The translations under genes were made by a program, and so were the position numbers. Below are positions 1 through 13,462 of a stretch of 64,000 nt of DNA, in pieces. Where the stretch lies: assembly GCF_006345805.1 (NCBI RefSeq), contig NW_021835979.1:9763-73762 (forward strand), given 5' to 3'. Each line of letters opens with the position of its first letter. The stretch's first letter is position 1. A model generated the notes under the pieces. It did not search any database, was not told where the DNA came from, and worked only from the letters and a program-made list of their open reading frames with translations. This stretch comes from Octopus sinensis (Eukaryota).

Positions 1-95
1 GCGGAGTCAAGCACAGAGTAAACATTTCCTTGTGGCTGCTGTGGGCGGACCTCTCGGCCTCGGATCAGTTACATCAGTCACTAGCAAGCATGCAA
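1..95 (+). CDS. Candidate exon (3' part) of unidentified host gene
   Basis: Unique non-repeat sequence, open in frame 2 (RSQAQSKHFLVAAVGGPLGLGSVTSVTSKHA), ending at donor-like CAA|GTATGT at 95/96 (phase 1). No protein recognised. Confidence 0.3.
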
Positions 96-670
96 GTATG
101 TATGTGTGAATGTTAATATTTGTATATATGTATGTACCTATGATAATTGGTATTCCAGCCGTGACCATCCCATCTTTTCTTATATACAATGAACCCACCA
201 TCACATTCTCAAAGACAACGGTAATTTTTGATTTGAGGAGATTTGGTTGCTTTGACTTGCAGTCCCAGCAACCATGTTGAGATTTTCTCTTGTAGTAAGT
301 CCACATTACTCTGTAAGGAGCATAGAGCCATGAATATTTCATGCCATCTTCATTCGATCATGGGCTACCTCCTTGATTTCAGATCATGAGAAACCGATTG
401 CTGTCGCTTCATCTTCCGCTCATTCTTTCAAGGTCTTCTTAGGTTGTCCAGTTCACTTCTTTCCTTCAGTGTGACCAATCCGACTCAACCCAATTTCCTT
501 TTCAGAATTTCTTGATTCATGGGAGTTTGCTTAAGCTAAAATTCCACATTCAAATCCAACAAATAGTGATTCTAACTAGCAACAACTACCAGGCCATCGA
601 TATGAAAAAAAAAATAATAAAAAAAAAAACGAAAGAAAAATATGCTGTCAAGCGAGTGATGGTATTCTTT

Positions 671-900
671 GGCGGCGAGCTGGCAGAAACGTTAGCACAG
701 CGGGCGAAATGCTTGGCGGTATTTCGTCTGCCGTTACGTTCTGAGTTCAAATTCCGCCGAGGTCGACTTTGCCTTTCATCCTTTCGGGGTCGATTAAATA
801 AGTACCAGTTACGCACTGGGGTCGATGTAATCGACTTAATCCGTTTGTCTGTCCTTGTTTGTTCCTTCTGTGTTTAGCCCCTGGGGGGTAGTAAAGAAAT
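671..900 (+). mobile_element. SINE family B1 (tRNA-like head, ~230 bp), full length
   Basis: Head GGCGGCGAGCTGGCAGAAACGTTAG, core GTCGACTTTGCCTTTCATCCTTTCGGGGTCG, tail ...GTAGTAAAGAAAT. TSD ggtattcttt (661-670) / ggcattcttt (902-911). Confidence 0.9.
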
Positions 901-1239
901 CGGCATTCTTTGGCAGATTGTTTTAACGAAGCATGATATAGATACTTTTTCGGTACTCCTTTCTTTGGCCCAATTGAATAACCATAATGGAGGGAGAGAG
1001 GGCAGCATCGGCTTTCGAATGGTTCTCATTTCAGTTGAATCGACTGGAGCAATGGATATAACATGGCGTTAGATATAGGAATCATACGCACACTCTTATG
1101 ACAAAGAGACCAATATCCTAACTATTAGACCACGTGTCTTCACTGGTGTTATCTCAACTGGATAACTACGTCTAGTAGTCGTCTTATTGTCTCTCTGTCT
1201 GCGTCCTACCTCTCTCTCTCTCTCTCGCTCTCTCTACGA

Positions 1240-1790
<551 letters not shown>

Positions 1791-2089
1791 ATCGATCACT
1801 CCCTCTTACCCAATCTCTCTCTCTCACTCTATCTATTAATCTATACGCATGTATACACATATATATTTGCACATATATAAACACAATGAAGATTTTACGC
1901 ATATATATAAACGCATAAACACACACATTTACACATACACTCACTTACACACACAAACATGCACACACACGCACACACACACACACTCCCCGCCCCACAA
2001 TGTTAATCGCTGCCAGCACTATCTCTACGTAAAATATTTTGGAGCGATTGTACTGCTGTATCCTTCTTCACACAAGGCGTCATATAAAC

Positions 2090-2119
2090 CACCACCGCCG
2101 CCGCCATCACCACATCCTC

Positions 2120-2157
<38 letters not shown>

Positions 2158-2357
2158 AACAACAACAGCCACGACCACCACGACCTCGACCACCACGACC
2201 ACCACCACCACTACCACCACTACCACCACCACCACTACCACCAGCACCAGCACCACCACCACCACCAACAACAACAACAAAAACAACAACAGCCACGACC
2301 ACCACGACCACGACCACCAGCACAACCACCACCACCAGTACCACCACCACCACCACC

Positions 2358-2389
<32 letters not shown>

Positions 2390-2650
2390 CAACAAAAACA
2401 AAAACAGCAACAGCCACGACCACCACGGTCACCTCCTTCACCGCAACCGCCCCCACCGCCGCCACCAGCAACAGCAGTAACAAGAAGAAGAGCAACACAC
2501 CCACAACCGACAGGGATGATAAAAACAAAAAAACAGTACAACAACCAATACAGCGCCGTCACCATCACCACCGCCGCCGCTATCGCCACCACCACCGCCG
2601 CTATCGCCACCACCACCACCACCACCACCAACTACAACAACAATAGCAAC
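2090..2650. repeat. Compound trinucleotide low-complexity tract (CAC/CAA/CCG)n
   Basis: Directly visible; produces poly-T/H/Q/P ORFs in several frames. Confidence 0.95.
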
Positions 2651-2832
2651 AACCCTAGCATGTTAATTAGAACAGTGTGTGAAAGACAATGATCCACCAG
2701 AGCAGGTAATCCCCATCATCTTCGTCCATAAAAGATGGTCGCCGAGAGAGAAACAGTCAATCCGTTAATGTATTCATAGAAAATTATAGCCATTGTTAAT
2801 ACCATAATTGTTACTAAGTTTTACTGATAGAC

Positions 2833-2865
<33 letters not shown>

Positions 2866-3139
2866 GCTTTATCACATTTCCTGCATTCATTCGTTGTCAA
2901 TTGTAACAATCTGCTGTATTTCCCATCCGCGGATGCTAAAAATCTTGCCCCTGGAGTATCTTACCAGCTGGCAATCATGTATGAAATGGAGGTGATACTT
3001 GACAAACAACGCTGGAATTGAAAGAAAATATGAAAAATATGTTTGAGACGATCTTATCTCGACCGAGTTGTTATGTCCGCCAGGCCGATGTGAAGAACGT
3101 ATTCAAAGTATGCGTCGACACACACATACTTACGTGAGA

Positions 3140-3672
<533 letters not shown>

Positions 3673-4333
3673 AACGTAATTCTATGGCTCCAACTGTTGG
3701 GCTTCCACAGAGTTTTCGTCCACAAAATTTTGCTTCAATCCAAGATTATGGTAAAAGTGAGCTTCCCAAGTTGTCTAAGATACTACTCAGTAGGATTGGC
3801 CGAACGACTGCGAAGCGAAATCCTTAAAACACTGCCGTGCCTACTCCCGTGCAGTAAAACAGTCGTTTATTAATAAAAATTAAAACGTCATGAATGCTAA
3901 CAGCTTTACATCATTGGAGTTATTTTATTTAAGGAAGCATAAGATTTTTCTATGGAATATATGAAAATGTTCTACGCATAAAAGAAAAGGTAACATGTGA
4001 TCTAACGTTATGCTTTTTTTCAAGAACAGATGAAATCTCGATAAAATGTTGAATAATTCTATGTTGATATGCTAAAAAATATTTTTACTTATATATTGTC
4101 ACGCTGCTTCTCCTCATCAATTGTCTAAACAATTGTTTCCGTGAAATTTAACGTTACTAGTATAGAAGCTACAATTTTTTTTTAAATATAAAATACTCTA
4201 TATCACGAATTGGGTACTTCTTTTTCTAATAGTAAACGTAAACTTTCTCCGGTCTACACGCATACATATTTTTACATACATGTATACATACATACATACA
4301 TACATACATACATACATACATACATACATACAT

Positions 4334-4399
<66 letters not shown>

Positions 4400-4900
4400 A
4401 AAGAAGAAAAGGGATTATAAATCCAGGCAGACATCAATAAAGCACTCGGTTTTAAACGAATTTAGTTAACTATATCAAACACTCACACCTTTAATTCAAA
4501 GCGAACTTCAAATTTAAATAATTATGGTTCGTTGTGTATTTTTATATGTATTAATTACAACAATGTTGACACAATAGAAACATTTGTCGGCTTTTTAAGG
4601 TGTGTCCTGCAATTAAAGATGTGATTTTCTCTATCAGTATTTCTGTTATGTATGTATGCATGTATGTATGTATGTATGTATGTATGTATGTATGTATGTA
4701 TGTATGTATGTATGTATGTATGTATGTATGTATGCATGTATATGAACAATATATGTATTGTATTTGAAGGTATCATTACTTAGCGCTTTCTAATCTGTTT
4801 TTAATTATTGCCGGGCCGCAACCTGTGATAGTCACTGGAATAGAATAAGGGAGAGATCGTCTTTCGTTGGCATTTTGTTGCGTCTCCCTTTCCATTTATC

Positions 4901-4936
4901 CTGAAGAGGTGATAACCACTCCGAAATGCATGCGTC
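4901..4936 (+). ncRNA. Degenerate minimal hammerhead-like motif (Penelope-type)
   Basis: CTGAAGA-ggtg ataac cactcc-GAAA-tgcatgc-GTC. Stem II imperfect, stem III palindromic (gcatgc), no stem I pairing. Confidence 0.35.
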
Positions 4937-5232
4937 CTCCAATATGAGTGTGGCGCTTGGAGCTAACTTGATGTGTTTACACCTATTTGTCTACAGCAGT
5001 TACACACACATACGCATTTGAACCCTACCCACCACTCACACACACTCATACTCGACCGCATGGTTGGCAAGTACACAGTTACTACTGTGTGTATAACACG
5101 CCATAGACACATATATATGAAGACATTTAAATGTTCATGAGCAAGTTTAACTATGAATCATGAGAAAAAACAATTTACTGACATAAGGAAACGGGCACTT
5201 ATAATTTTTTTCTCTTCTGATTTGTAAAACAG

Positions 5233-5436
5233 AAATTATTGCATTGCATCGGTTGTATTTTCTCTGTGGTATGGTGCCTTCGCAGTCCACACGCTTCGTG
5301 TGTCTAGTTACTCTCCTATCATCGCTGCAAACATTGCTGGAAGAAATGAATTCAGCATTACAAGACAACTCCTATCAGTCAGCTGCTGCTTTCACAGGAT
5401 TGATTCTACTGTCGTCTGGTGCCAATTTAGACATAG
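5233..5436 (+). CDS. Candidate internal exon of unidentified gene (3' boundary uncertain)
   Basis: Pyrimidine tract then AAACAG| at 5232. Open frame (K)IIALHRLYFLCGMVPSQSTRFVCLVTLLSSLQTLLEEMN..., phase-compatible with the 1-95 candidate. Possible donors after 5268, 5436 or 5451; the last ~50 nt may be degenerate SINE B. Confidence 0.28.
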
Positions 5437-5591
5437 GTGGACGTGCCAGACGTAAAGTCGACCTCAGCAGAATTTGAACGTAGAACGTAAATAGTCAGAA
5501 AAAAATAGAAAATACCGTTTAGCATTTTGTCTGACGTGCTAACCATTCTGCCAGCTGACCTCCATGATAATAGTAATTCTTTCTTCTATAA

Positions 5592-5913
5592 TAGAGGTTC
5601 TGAACCGGGGTCCATATAAGATTTTTTGGAGTCCATGCAAGAAAATAATAAATTGGGGATCTACAACAGTATTTTAGAGGCCCTCGAAAAAACGCTGTAT
5701 GTATTGGTATGTATTGCAAGGAACAGTTAGGTTGGTTTCTTTCTAAAGAATTTTACATAATTCGACCTGCAAAAGTTAATGTGCGATAAACAAAATAGGA
5801 ATTTTGAAAGAGGTTTCTATAAAACTAGTTTTTAAACATTGAATGGTTATAGGGGTCCAACGGAATAAAATAGTAATTAAAGGGGTCCATAAATAAATGG
5901 TCGAGAACCCATG
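5592..5913. mobile_element. hAT (Buster/Charlie-like) MITE, copy 1
   Basis: Imperfect TIRs tagaggttctgaacc / ggtcgagaacccatg; 8-bp left TSD ttctataa with central TA. Confidence 0.7.
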
Positions 5914-5973
5914 TTCTATGCTAACCATTCTGCCAGCTGACCTCCTTGATAATAGTAATTCTTTCTTCTATAA

Positions 5974-6295
5974 TAGAGGTTCTGAACCGGGGTCCATATA
6001 AGATTTTTTGGAGTCCATGCAAGAAAATAATAAATTGGGGATCTACAACAGTATTTTAGAGGCCCTCGAAAAAACGCTGTATGTATTGGTATGTATTGCA
6101 AGGAACAGTTAGGTTGGTTTCTTTCTAAAGAATTTTACATAATTCGACCTGCAAAAGTTAATGTGCGATAAACAAAATAGGAATTTTGAAAGAGGTTTCT
6201 ATAAAACTAGTTTTTAAACATTGAATGGTTATAGGGGTCCAACGGAATAAAATAGTAATTAAAGGGGTCCATAAATAAATGGTCGAGAACCCATG
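5974..6295. mobile_element. hAT (Buster/Charlie-like) MITE, copy 2 (tandem duplicate)
   Basis: Near-identical to 5592-5913; right TSD ttctatag at 6296-6303. Confidence 0.7.
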
Positions 6296-6502
6296 TTCTA
6301 TAGGTACAAAGTCTAAAATTTTTGAGGATGGGGCTACGCGATTTCATCGGTCCCAATGCTTAAGTGCCACTTGGAAAGGATAAAAGGTAAAGTCATGCTG
6401 GGCGGAATTTGAACTCAGAACGTAAAGACGGACCAAATGCCGCTAAATACTTTGACCGGCAGGCTAACACACACACACACACCACACACACACATTATTC
6501 TA

Positions 6503-6733
6503 AGGCGGCGAGCTGACAGAAACGTTAGCACGCCGGGCGAAATGCTCAGCAGTATTTCGTCTGTCGTTACGTTCTGGGTTCAAATTCTGCCGAGGTCGAC
6601 TTTGCCTTTCATCCTTTCGGGGTCGATAAATAAAGTACCAGTTGCGCACTGGGGTCGATGTAGTTGACTTAATCCGTTTGTCTGTCTTTGTTTGTCCCCT
6701 CTATGTTTAGCCCCTTGTAGGCAATAAAGAAAT
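6503..6733 (+). mobile_element. SINE family B1, full length
   Basis: Same head, core and tail as 671-900; TSD attattcta at 6494-6502 and 6734-6742. Confidence 0.9.
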
Positions 6734-7196
6734 ATTATTCTATGCTTTATACTCTGTCCTGTATGCTAACTACGACACAGATGTATGTTACACGATTGTG
6801 CGACAAATATCGCCGAAGCTTGGTTACGGGCATTTTATCACACTTTACAATAAATCCGATTTGCATAAAATTCATTATTAAATTTCAATGTTTTTTAATA
6901 TCGCCAGTAGCTGAGCAATAATTGGCGAAATTAATGAATAAATATAAACTTAGGAACATCTGAAAAGTTTAAATGAATATATCTTGGTTTTTATTTCCAC
7001 CAACGACAACGTAGGAAAGCTGTGAACCCCACAGTGAATTTTAAGTGCTTCGGTCGGTTTTCCAAGAGATTTTTGTGAGATTAATCAAACAGAGGTTACG
7101 TGTGTGCGTGTGCGTATCTCTCTCACTCTCTCTCTCTCCCCCTCTCTCTCCCCCTCTCTCTCCCCCTCTCTCTCTATATATATATTATTGTGTGTT

Positions 7197-7264
<68 letters not shown>

Positions 7265-7536
7265 TGTATGTATGTATATGTATATATATGTATATGTATG
7301 TGTGTGTGAGCACGCGCGTATATTCTTGCGCCAAAACTCCCAAAACACCCCCTAAAAAAAGAAACCCATGAAGTCCCTGCTACCAGAACTGGCAGACAAT
7401 GGCTTCAAGGTACTTATGGCACTTGAAGGAAATGTGCATTTCGAAAATAATTGATGGCAGGAAAGATTTAAAATAAAACACCACAATATTCAGTTAGGAA
7501 AAAGCATGAAATGTGAATTGGAATTCATTGTTGTTG

Positions 7537-7586
<50 letters not shown>

Positions 7587-8764
7587 GTCATTATTATCCC
7601 ACAAATATTCAGAGAAGTGGACCAAATGCTTTTTTTTTGCCTCCAAGTCATCTAATCTTTCTAGCTTTTATTATCTATTTTTGCTTTTTTTTTTCTAAAA
7701 AATTGTTTTATTTATTTTTTTTATTTTTGTGTCTGTGTTTGTTTCTTTTGTGTATTGAGGGGGGGGGCACTGAACGGGGGTGGATGAAGGGTGATTAAAA
7801 ATACATTTTAAATAGATTTCTTTCTCAGTATTTAATATGATTAAATTCTCTTTTGCTTTTGGCATAACTGAAGAACAGTCTGTTTTCTGTAGATTGGTTT
7901 GTGACATTTTGTTGCAGACGACACAACAACGGCAGCATCAACAATAAAACAACAACAGCAACAGCAACAGCAACAACAACAGGAACAAAAATGACAACGA
8001 AAAGCAACAAAAACGAAAAAGAAGAAACATATAAAATGGTATGAAAAATATGTAATTCCTAAAGATCCTAACTTATATAAATTATATATAAAATATCAGC
8101 TGCAACAATATACAGTAACAATAAAATAAAATAAAAATAAAAATTCATCAAAAATTTTCCCCCATTAATAAAGAATAAAATAACAGAAAAGAAAGAAAAA
8201 AACCTATGTAAAAATATAAACGCAAAAATATTTTTAACGCCATTTTAAATAACTAAAATGAATCTTTATCATCTTTTCAGGCATGAAGAGGAACCAAAAT
8301 GGGAGAAAAATATGTTCGAACGAAACCGTCTAAACGTTGTTGTTACTGATGCTGTTGCTGGTGTTGTTGTTGTTGTTGCTTAACCCCTGGTTAGTCTTGA
8401 TTGCGCAACCTTCGATTAACTTGGTCAGCCTATGATTAAAGTCACTCCACGCGTGACTACTTTGTCTTTCATTATCCCCATATACGAGGAATTTCAATAC
8501 GTCGTTTTTTAAGACAGCAAATTGCGATTTGAAGGGGATTTAGTTGATATATCTAGTAAACCAACAGGACACTTGGAAACTCCCTCGCCCTTTGGTGTAG
8601 CCCTAGATTGATGAAACCCATGATTAAAGCTGATCCAGTCGTGACCATCCCCTCTTTTTTTCGTTATATACAAACAAGTCAGGACCAAATTATCCAACAC
8701 TTCTTTTTCTAAGAATACATGGAAGTTGTAGATAAGGTGTGATTTGCGAGAGATTTAATTGTTA

Positions 8765-8886
<122 letters not shown>

Positions 8887-8976
8887 GTCTGTCTGTCTGT
8901 CCTATATATATGTATATATATATATATATATACACACACATACATACATAATACCTACATACATACATATAAATAC

Positions 8977-9019
<43 letters not shown>

Positions 9020-9122
9020 CATATACATATAATATATAATATGATAAAATAATATATAAATATATGCATATATACATACGTATCTGTACACACCAACGTT
9101 TATATGTATATCTACATGCATA

Positions 9123-9290
9123 TATGGGTACAGGACAAAAAAAACGTTGAACACAATGAGAAACGAAAACATAAAAACAAAACCATAGAAACTTTTTTTC
9201 GAACGAGGAAAAAGACAAACAGAGAAACGAGACATGCAACATAAAGAATATTCTCCTTCTTCAGTTGTCCCTGTTTCATCTACTCCGCGT
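9123..9290. repeat. Interspersed repeat (second copy at ~46912-47080), possibly Penelope-related
   Basis: Shared ~170 bp (tatgggtacaggaca...gaaacgagacatgca...ttcttcagttg) next to (TA)n arrays. Confidence 0.6.
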
Positions 9291-9483
9291 TCGAAGGCAA
9301 GGACAATACGCGACTTTGTTGAAACAATCCTTCCCGCAAAGCAAGTTAAATAAAATTTGGGATTTTTTGCGGAATATGAAATTGGTTGAAAATTATTTTC
9401 AACGCTAGGAATACGAGCTTATGAGAGGAGACAGTATAAGCGCGTGTTTCTTAAGGTAGGTAATGGACAGAAAGATGATTATA

Positions 9484-9526
<43 letters not shown>

Positions 9527-9709
9527 ATAATAACTGTATATAATATATATCATAATGATATTATTTCTCCGATTTGAAGCGACAATTGTAAATATAAATA
9601 AATGACCGAAAAATGATGAGCTAACCTCAGGCTGAATCGAACTCACAAATCGACGCTATCATGTCTCTCTCTCTATCTCTCTCTCTCTCTCTCTTATATA
9701 TATATCTGA

Positions 9710-9764
<55 letters not shown>

Positions 9765-9767
9765 AAT

Positions 9768-9798
<31 letters not shown>

Positions 9799-9955
9799 GA
9801 CGGGCTTCTTTCAGCTTCCGTCTGCCAAATCCACTTACAGGGCTTGGTCGGCTGAGACTATAGTAGAAGACACTTGCCCAAGGTACCACGCTGTGTGACT
9901 GAACCTGGGACCATGTGGTATGGAAGCAAGCTTCTTACCACATACCTACGCCTGC
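9799..9955 (-). mobile_element. SINE family C, 5' part
   Basis: Reverse complement of the C head and CORE-like ACCTTGGGCAAGTGTCTTC segment. Confidence 0.8.
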
Positions 9956-10053
9956 TCTTATTTGTTCATATTGTTGTTGTTGTTGTTGCTGTTGCTTTTG
10001 CTATGTCTCCTTCCCCTCGAATCCTGTCCTCTACATCGATCTCACTACTTCAG

Positions 10054-10116
10054 ATTAGGTTTCTGGTGTCAGTTACCATTAGAAGAAAGGGCATTTCTTG
10101 ACCTAACAATCAATAG
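10054..10116 (+). CDS. Candidate 63-nt symmetric (phase 2-2) exon
   Basis: Acceptor ctcactacttcAG|, strong donor tag|GTGAGG, open frame LGFWCQLPLEERAFLDLTIN(R). Unique sequence between microsatellites. Confidence 0.35.
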
Positions 10117-10400
10117 GTGAGGATTTGCAGATGTAAGCTAATGATGATGATGATGTTGATAATGATGGCGATGGTGATGACAACGACGAGGACGATGATG
10201 AAAATGATGACGTTGAGGACAACAATGACTATAATGATTATGATGATGACGATGATGATGATGATAATGATGATGATGTTAGTGACGGTGGTGGCAATGA
10301 TAATGATGATCTTGAAGATGAAGGTGACATCGACAGCAATGATGACAACGACGACGACGATGATGATAACGCTGGCGATGGTAACAGTAATATAGTTGAT

Positions 10401-10786
10401 GTGGAGGCGCAATGGCCCAGTGGTTAGGGCAGCGGACTCGCGGTCATAGGATCGCGGTTTCGATTCCCAGACCGGGCGTTGTGAGTGTTTATTGAGCGAA
10501 AACACCTAAAAAGCTCCACGAGGCTCCGGCAGGGGATGGTGGTGATCCCTGCTGTACTCTTTCACCACAACTTTCTCTCACTCTTACTTCCTGTTTTCTG
10601 TTGTACCTGTATTTCAAAGGGCCGGCCTTGTCACTCTCTGTGTCTCGCTGAATATCCCCGAGAACTACGTTAATGGTGCACGTGTCTGTGGAGTGCTCAC
10701 CACTACCGTTAATTTTGAGCAGGCTGTTCCGTTGATTCGGATCAACCGGAACCCTCATCGTCGTAACCGACGGAGTGCTTCCATCC
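10401..10786 (+). mobile_element. SINE family A (tRNA-Arg-like head, ~385 bp), full length
   Basis: A-box TGGCCCAGTGG, B-box-like GTTTCGATTCC, tail ...CCGACGGAGTGCTTCCA(TCCA). TSD aatatagttgat at 10389-10400 and 10787-10798. Confidence 0.95.
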
Positions 10787-10959
10787 AATATAGTTGATAC
10801 GTAAATAATGCTGACGTTTGTGATGATAACAACAATGATATTTTTCGGTCCCTAAACCGTATTACTTATGCCTTGCACCATATCTTACCACAACATAATC
10901 CACAATATAACATACCGTAGAAACTTATATATTTTACCATGCTTATAAATGCTTTCTGG

Positions 10960-11082
10960 GTGTGGAGGCATGTGGCTTATTGGTAAGGGGAAGGACTTAT
11001 AATTGTAAGATTGTGGTCTCGATTTCTGGGCGACGCGTTGTGTTCTTGAGAAAAACACTTCATTTAACGTTGCTCCAATCCA
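10960..11082 (+). mobile_element. SINE family D, degenerate 5' part
   Basis: tRNA-like head plus gttgtgttcttgag...cacttcatttaacgttgctcca, shared with 23710-24045. Confidence 0.65.
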
Positions 11083-11175
11083 GGGAAAGGGGTAAGTTCC
11101 GAAAAGGGGGCAAAGTCAGCGGAAAGGGGGAAATTCCAAAGAAAGGGGAAGTTCCGGGGAAAGGGGTAATTCCGG
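11083..11175. repeat. G-rich ~18-bp minisatellite (about 5 units)
   Basis: Units of the form GGGAAAGGGG(T/G)AA(G/A)TTCC. Confidence 0.75.
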
Positions 11176-12345
11176 GAAATCTCCTTTGGAAAAAGGAAAA
11201 TTCCTTTTAGGAAAGGGGAAAATCCATTTTCCCCTTTGGACAGTTAAAAGACCGTCTTTTTCTACTCAAAGTGTTTTTATAATTTTATCGCCTAATCATA
11301 TGCTTCAAAATCCACTAATCTTCTGCCCCACAAAAAAGATTAATCCTTTAATTCTTTATATATTAATATTAAAGCCACGTGTGTTTGTCCCCCCATCACA
11401 GTTTGGCAACCGGTGTTGGTATGTTTGGTCTTCGTAAATTAGCGGTTGGACAAAACAGACCGATAAAATAAAAAAAAAGTAACATAACCAGTGAGGTCGA
11501 TTTGTGCAACAAAAGTCCTTTAAGGTGGTGCCCCAGCATGGCCGCAGTCAAACGACTGGAACAAATACAAAATAAAGGACAAATCGCTTGAAAGAAACGA
11601 AAACGGTAAATAAAAGAAATGAAAAGAATAATTATAATTAGTTAAATAGTTTATGGAATTCCAAAGTTAAATCACGTGACCATTGTTATTAAATTAAAGC
11701 ACTAAATCATAACAATAATTATAAAACTATAATTATTAAATTATGACAAACATTCCTTGATTTCCATTGAAATGCTTCACATTTTTTGGCGAAGAGAAAT
11801 AATTAATTTTGAAGATGCTCTACTTGTTTTGTGTGTGTGCGGGGCACGCGCTCGAATATACGTACATACTTACATACATACATATATACATATGCACATA
11901 CATGCATACCTATGTACGTACGTATACACAACACACACACACATATGTAGGGATAACAAAATACTTTTCATGCTACGAAATTTCACGGTACGAGAAAATT
12001 TTCATGAATACAACGCGCCCCCAATACAAGAGACAACAGTTTCTTTCTTTCTTCTCCTCTATTGCTCTCTCTCCCTAACTCCCCCCCCCCCATCCACACA
12101 CGCATATATATATATCGTCAGTAAATCATAAACCCGAAAGGGAAGCACACTTTAAGTTATAGAGCAGTAGAGTATTTAGATTAAAGATAGTTATGGCTGT
12201 TTTATAGAGTTACCTAGGGCTTCGCGTGTATAAAGCACGTAGCTTTATATACGCCCCTCAGACCTTAATGCCTGACGGTAGGTATGTAAAGATAAGCGCT
12301 TTATGGACGCGAAATCTTGGGTAACCTTATAAACCTGCATATACT

Positions 12346-12413
<68 letters not shown>

Positions 12414-12732
12414 ATAGAGGGGTGAATGAATTATCCTAGTATGGATAATTCGGTTAACCGATACCTGGGTAGCAAATTCACGTCAGAGAACACGGTTGAA
12501 GCTATATGCCAAGGGCAGGGATCTCGTGTTCTCGTGTGTAATTTTGTGTGTTTTTTTAAACTATGAATAAATGAAAGAATGGAGTCGAACGACGATTTTA
12601 ACAAAATTCCTTTACTCTCGACACATGTTTCGAAGGCTGCATATTCCTAATTCCGAAGGAATAAAGGGTGCATTATATATATAAAACTGTATATTATATA
12701 ACTATTCATAACTGTATGTATATATATGTGTA

Positions 12733-13032
12733 ACAATCTTTAAATACAAGCAAATGGCCGAAAAATGATGAGCTAACCCCAGGCAGAATCGAACTCACAA
12801 ATCAACACTCACACGGCTCCTTGCACATCCGATTGGCGAAACTCTCATCCATCAATATTATATGCAGTATTAGACAGTTTGAACATATAGTAACTAAATT
12901 TGACTGAAATTGATGGGTGAGCGTTTGCCCAATCGGCTGTGCAAGGAGCAATGTAAGCGTTGATTAATGAGTTCGATTCTGGATAGGGTTAGCTCATCTT
13001 TTTTCGGTTATTTGTTTGTATTTTAAAATTGT
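12733..13032. repeat. Foldback element: two ~124-bp inverted arms with a 52-nt spacer
   Basis: 12733-12856 is the imperfect reverse complement of 12909-13032; a partial arm copy also lies at ~9575-9657. Confidence 0.8.
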
Positions 13033-13164
13033 CGCTTCAAATAAATATTATTATACAGTTATTATCAAACTATGAGTTTTCCATAGTTGCTTTCTCTCTG
13101 TAACTACAAAGTCTTTCGAGTTTGATTATAAATATTATATGCAGTATACATACATACATACATA

Positions 13165-13197
<33 letters not shown>

Positions 13198-13204
13198 ATA
13201 TATA

Positions 13205-13244
<40 letters not shown>

Positions 13245-13462
13245 TCTGTATATATATATATATATATATATAAATGAAAGAATGGAGTCGAACGACGATT
13301 TTAACAAAATTCCTTTACTCACGATCGCCAAGGTCTGTGAGTTCGATACCCGGCGGCGCGTTGTATCCTTAAGCATATATACATATTAGTGATCTGCTAA
13401 ATCATCTATAGATTTTTATGGTCAATATATATATACTCTGATAAGCGAGGTAACCCGGAATC

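Noticed and set aside
7890-8390. Exon candidates at ~7893-8038 and 8281 onward
   Set aside because: Acceptors exist, but the frames run into microsatellite-derived sequence or stops and the phases do not join the other candidates.
9245-9290. Hammerhead in the 9123/46912 repeat (minus strand GAAAC...CTGAAGA/CTGATGA)
   Set aside because: Only 9 nt without a UH site separate GAAA from CUGANGA, and no GAAA closes a stem II downstream, so no valid topology exists.
10401-10475. tRNA genes at SINE A, B, C and D heads
   Set aside because: A and B boxes are present but there is no complete cloverleaf or acceptor stem, and each continues into a SINE body with TSDs.
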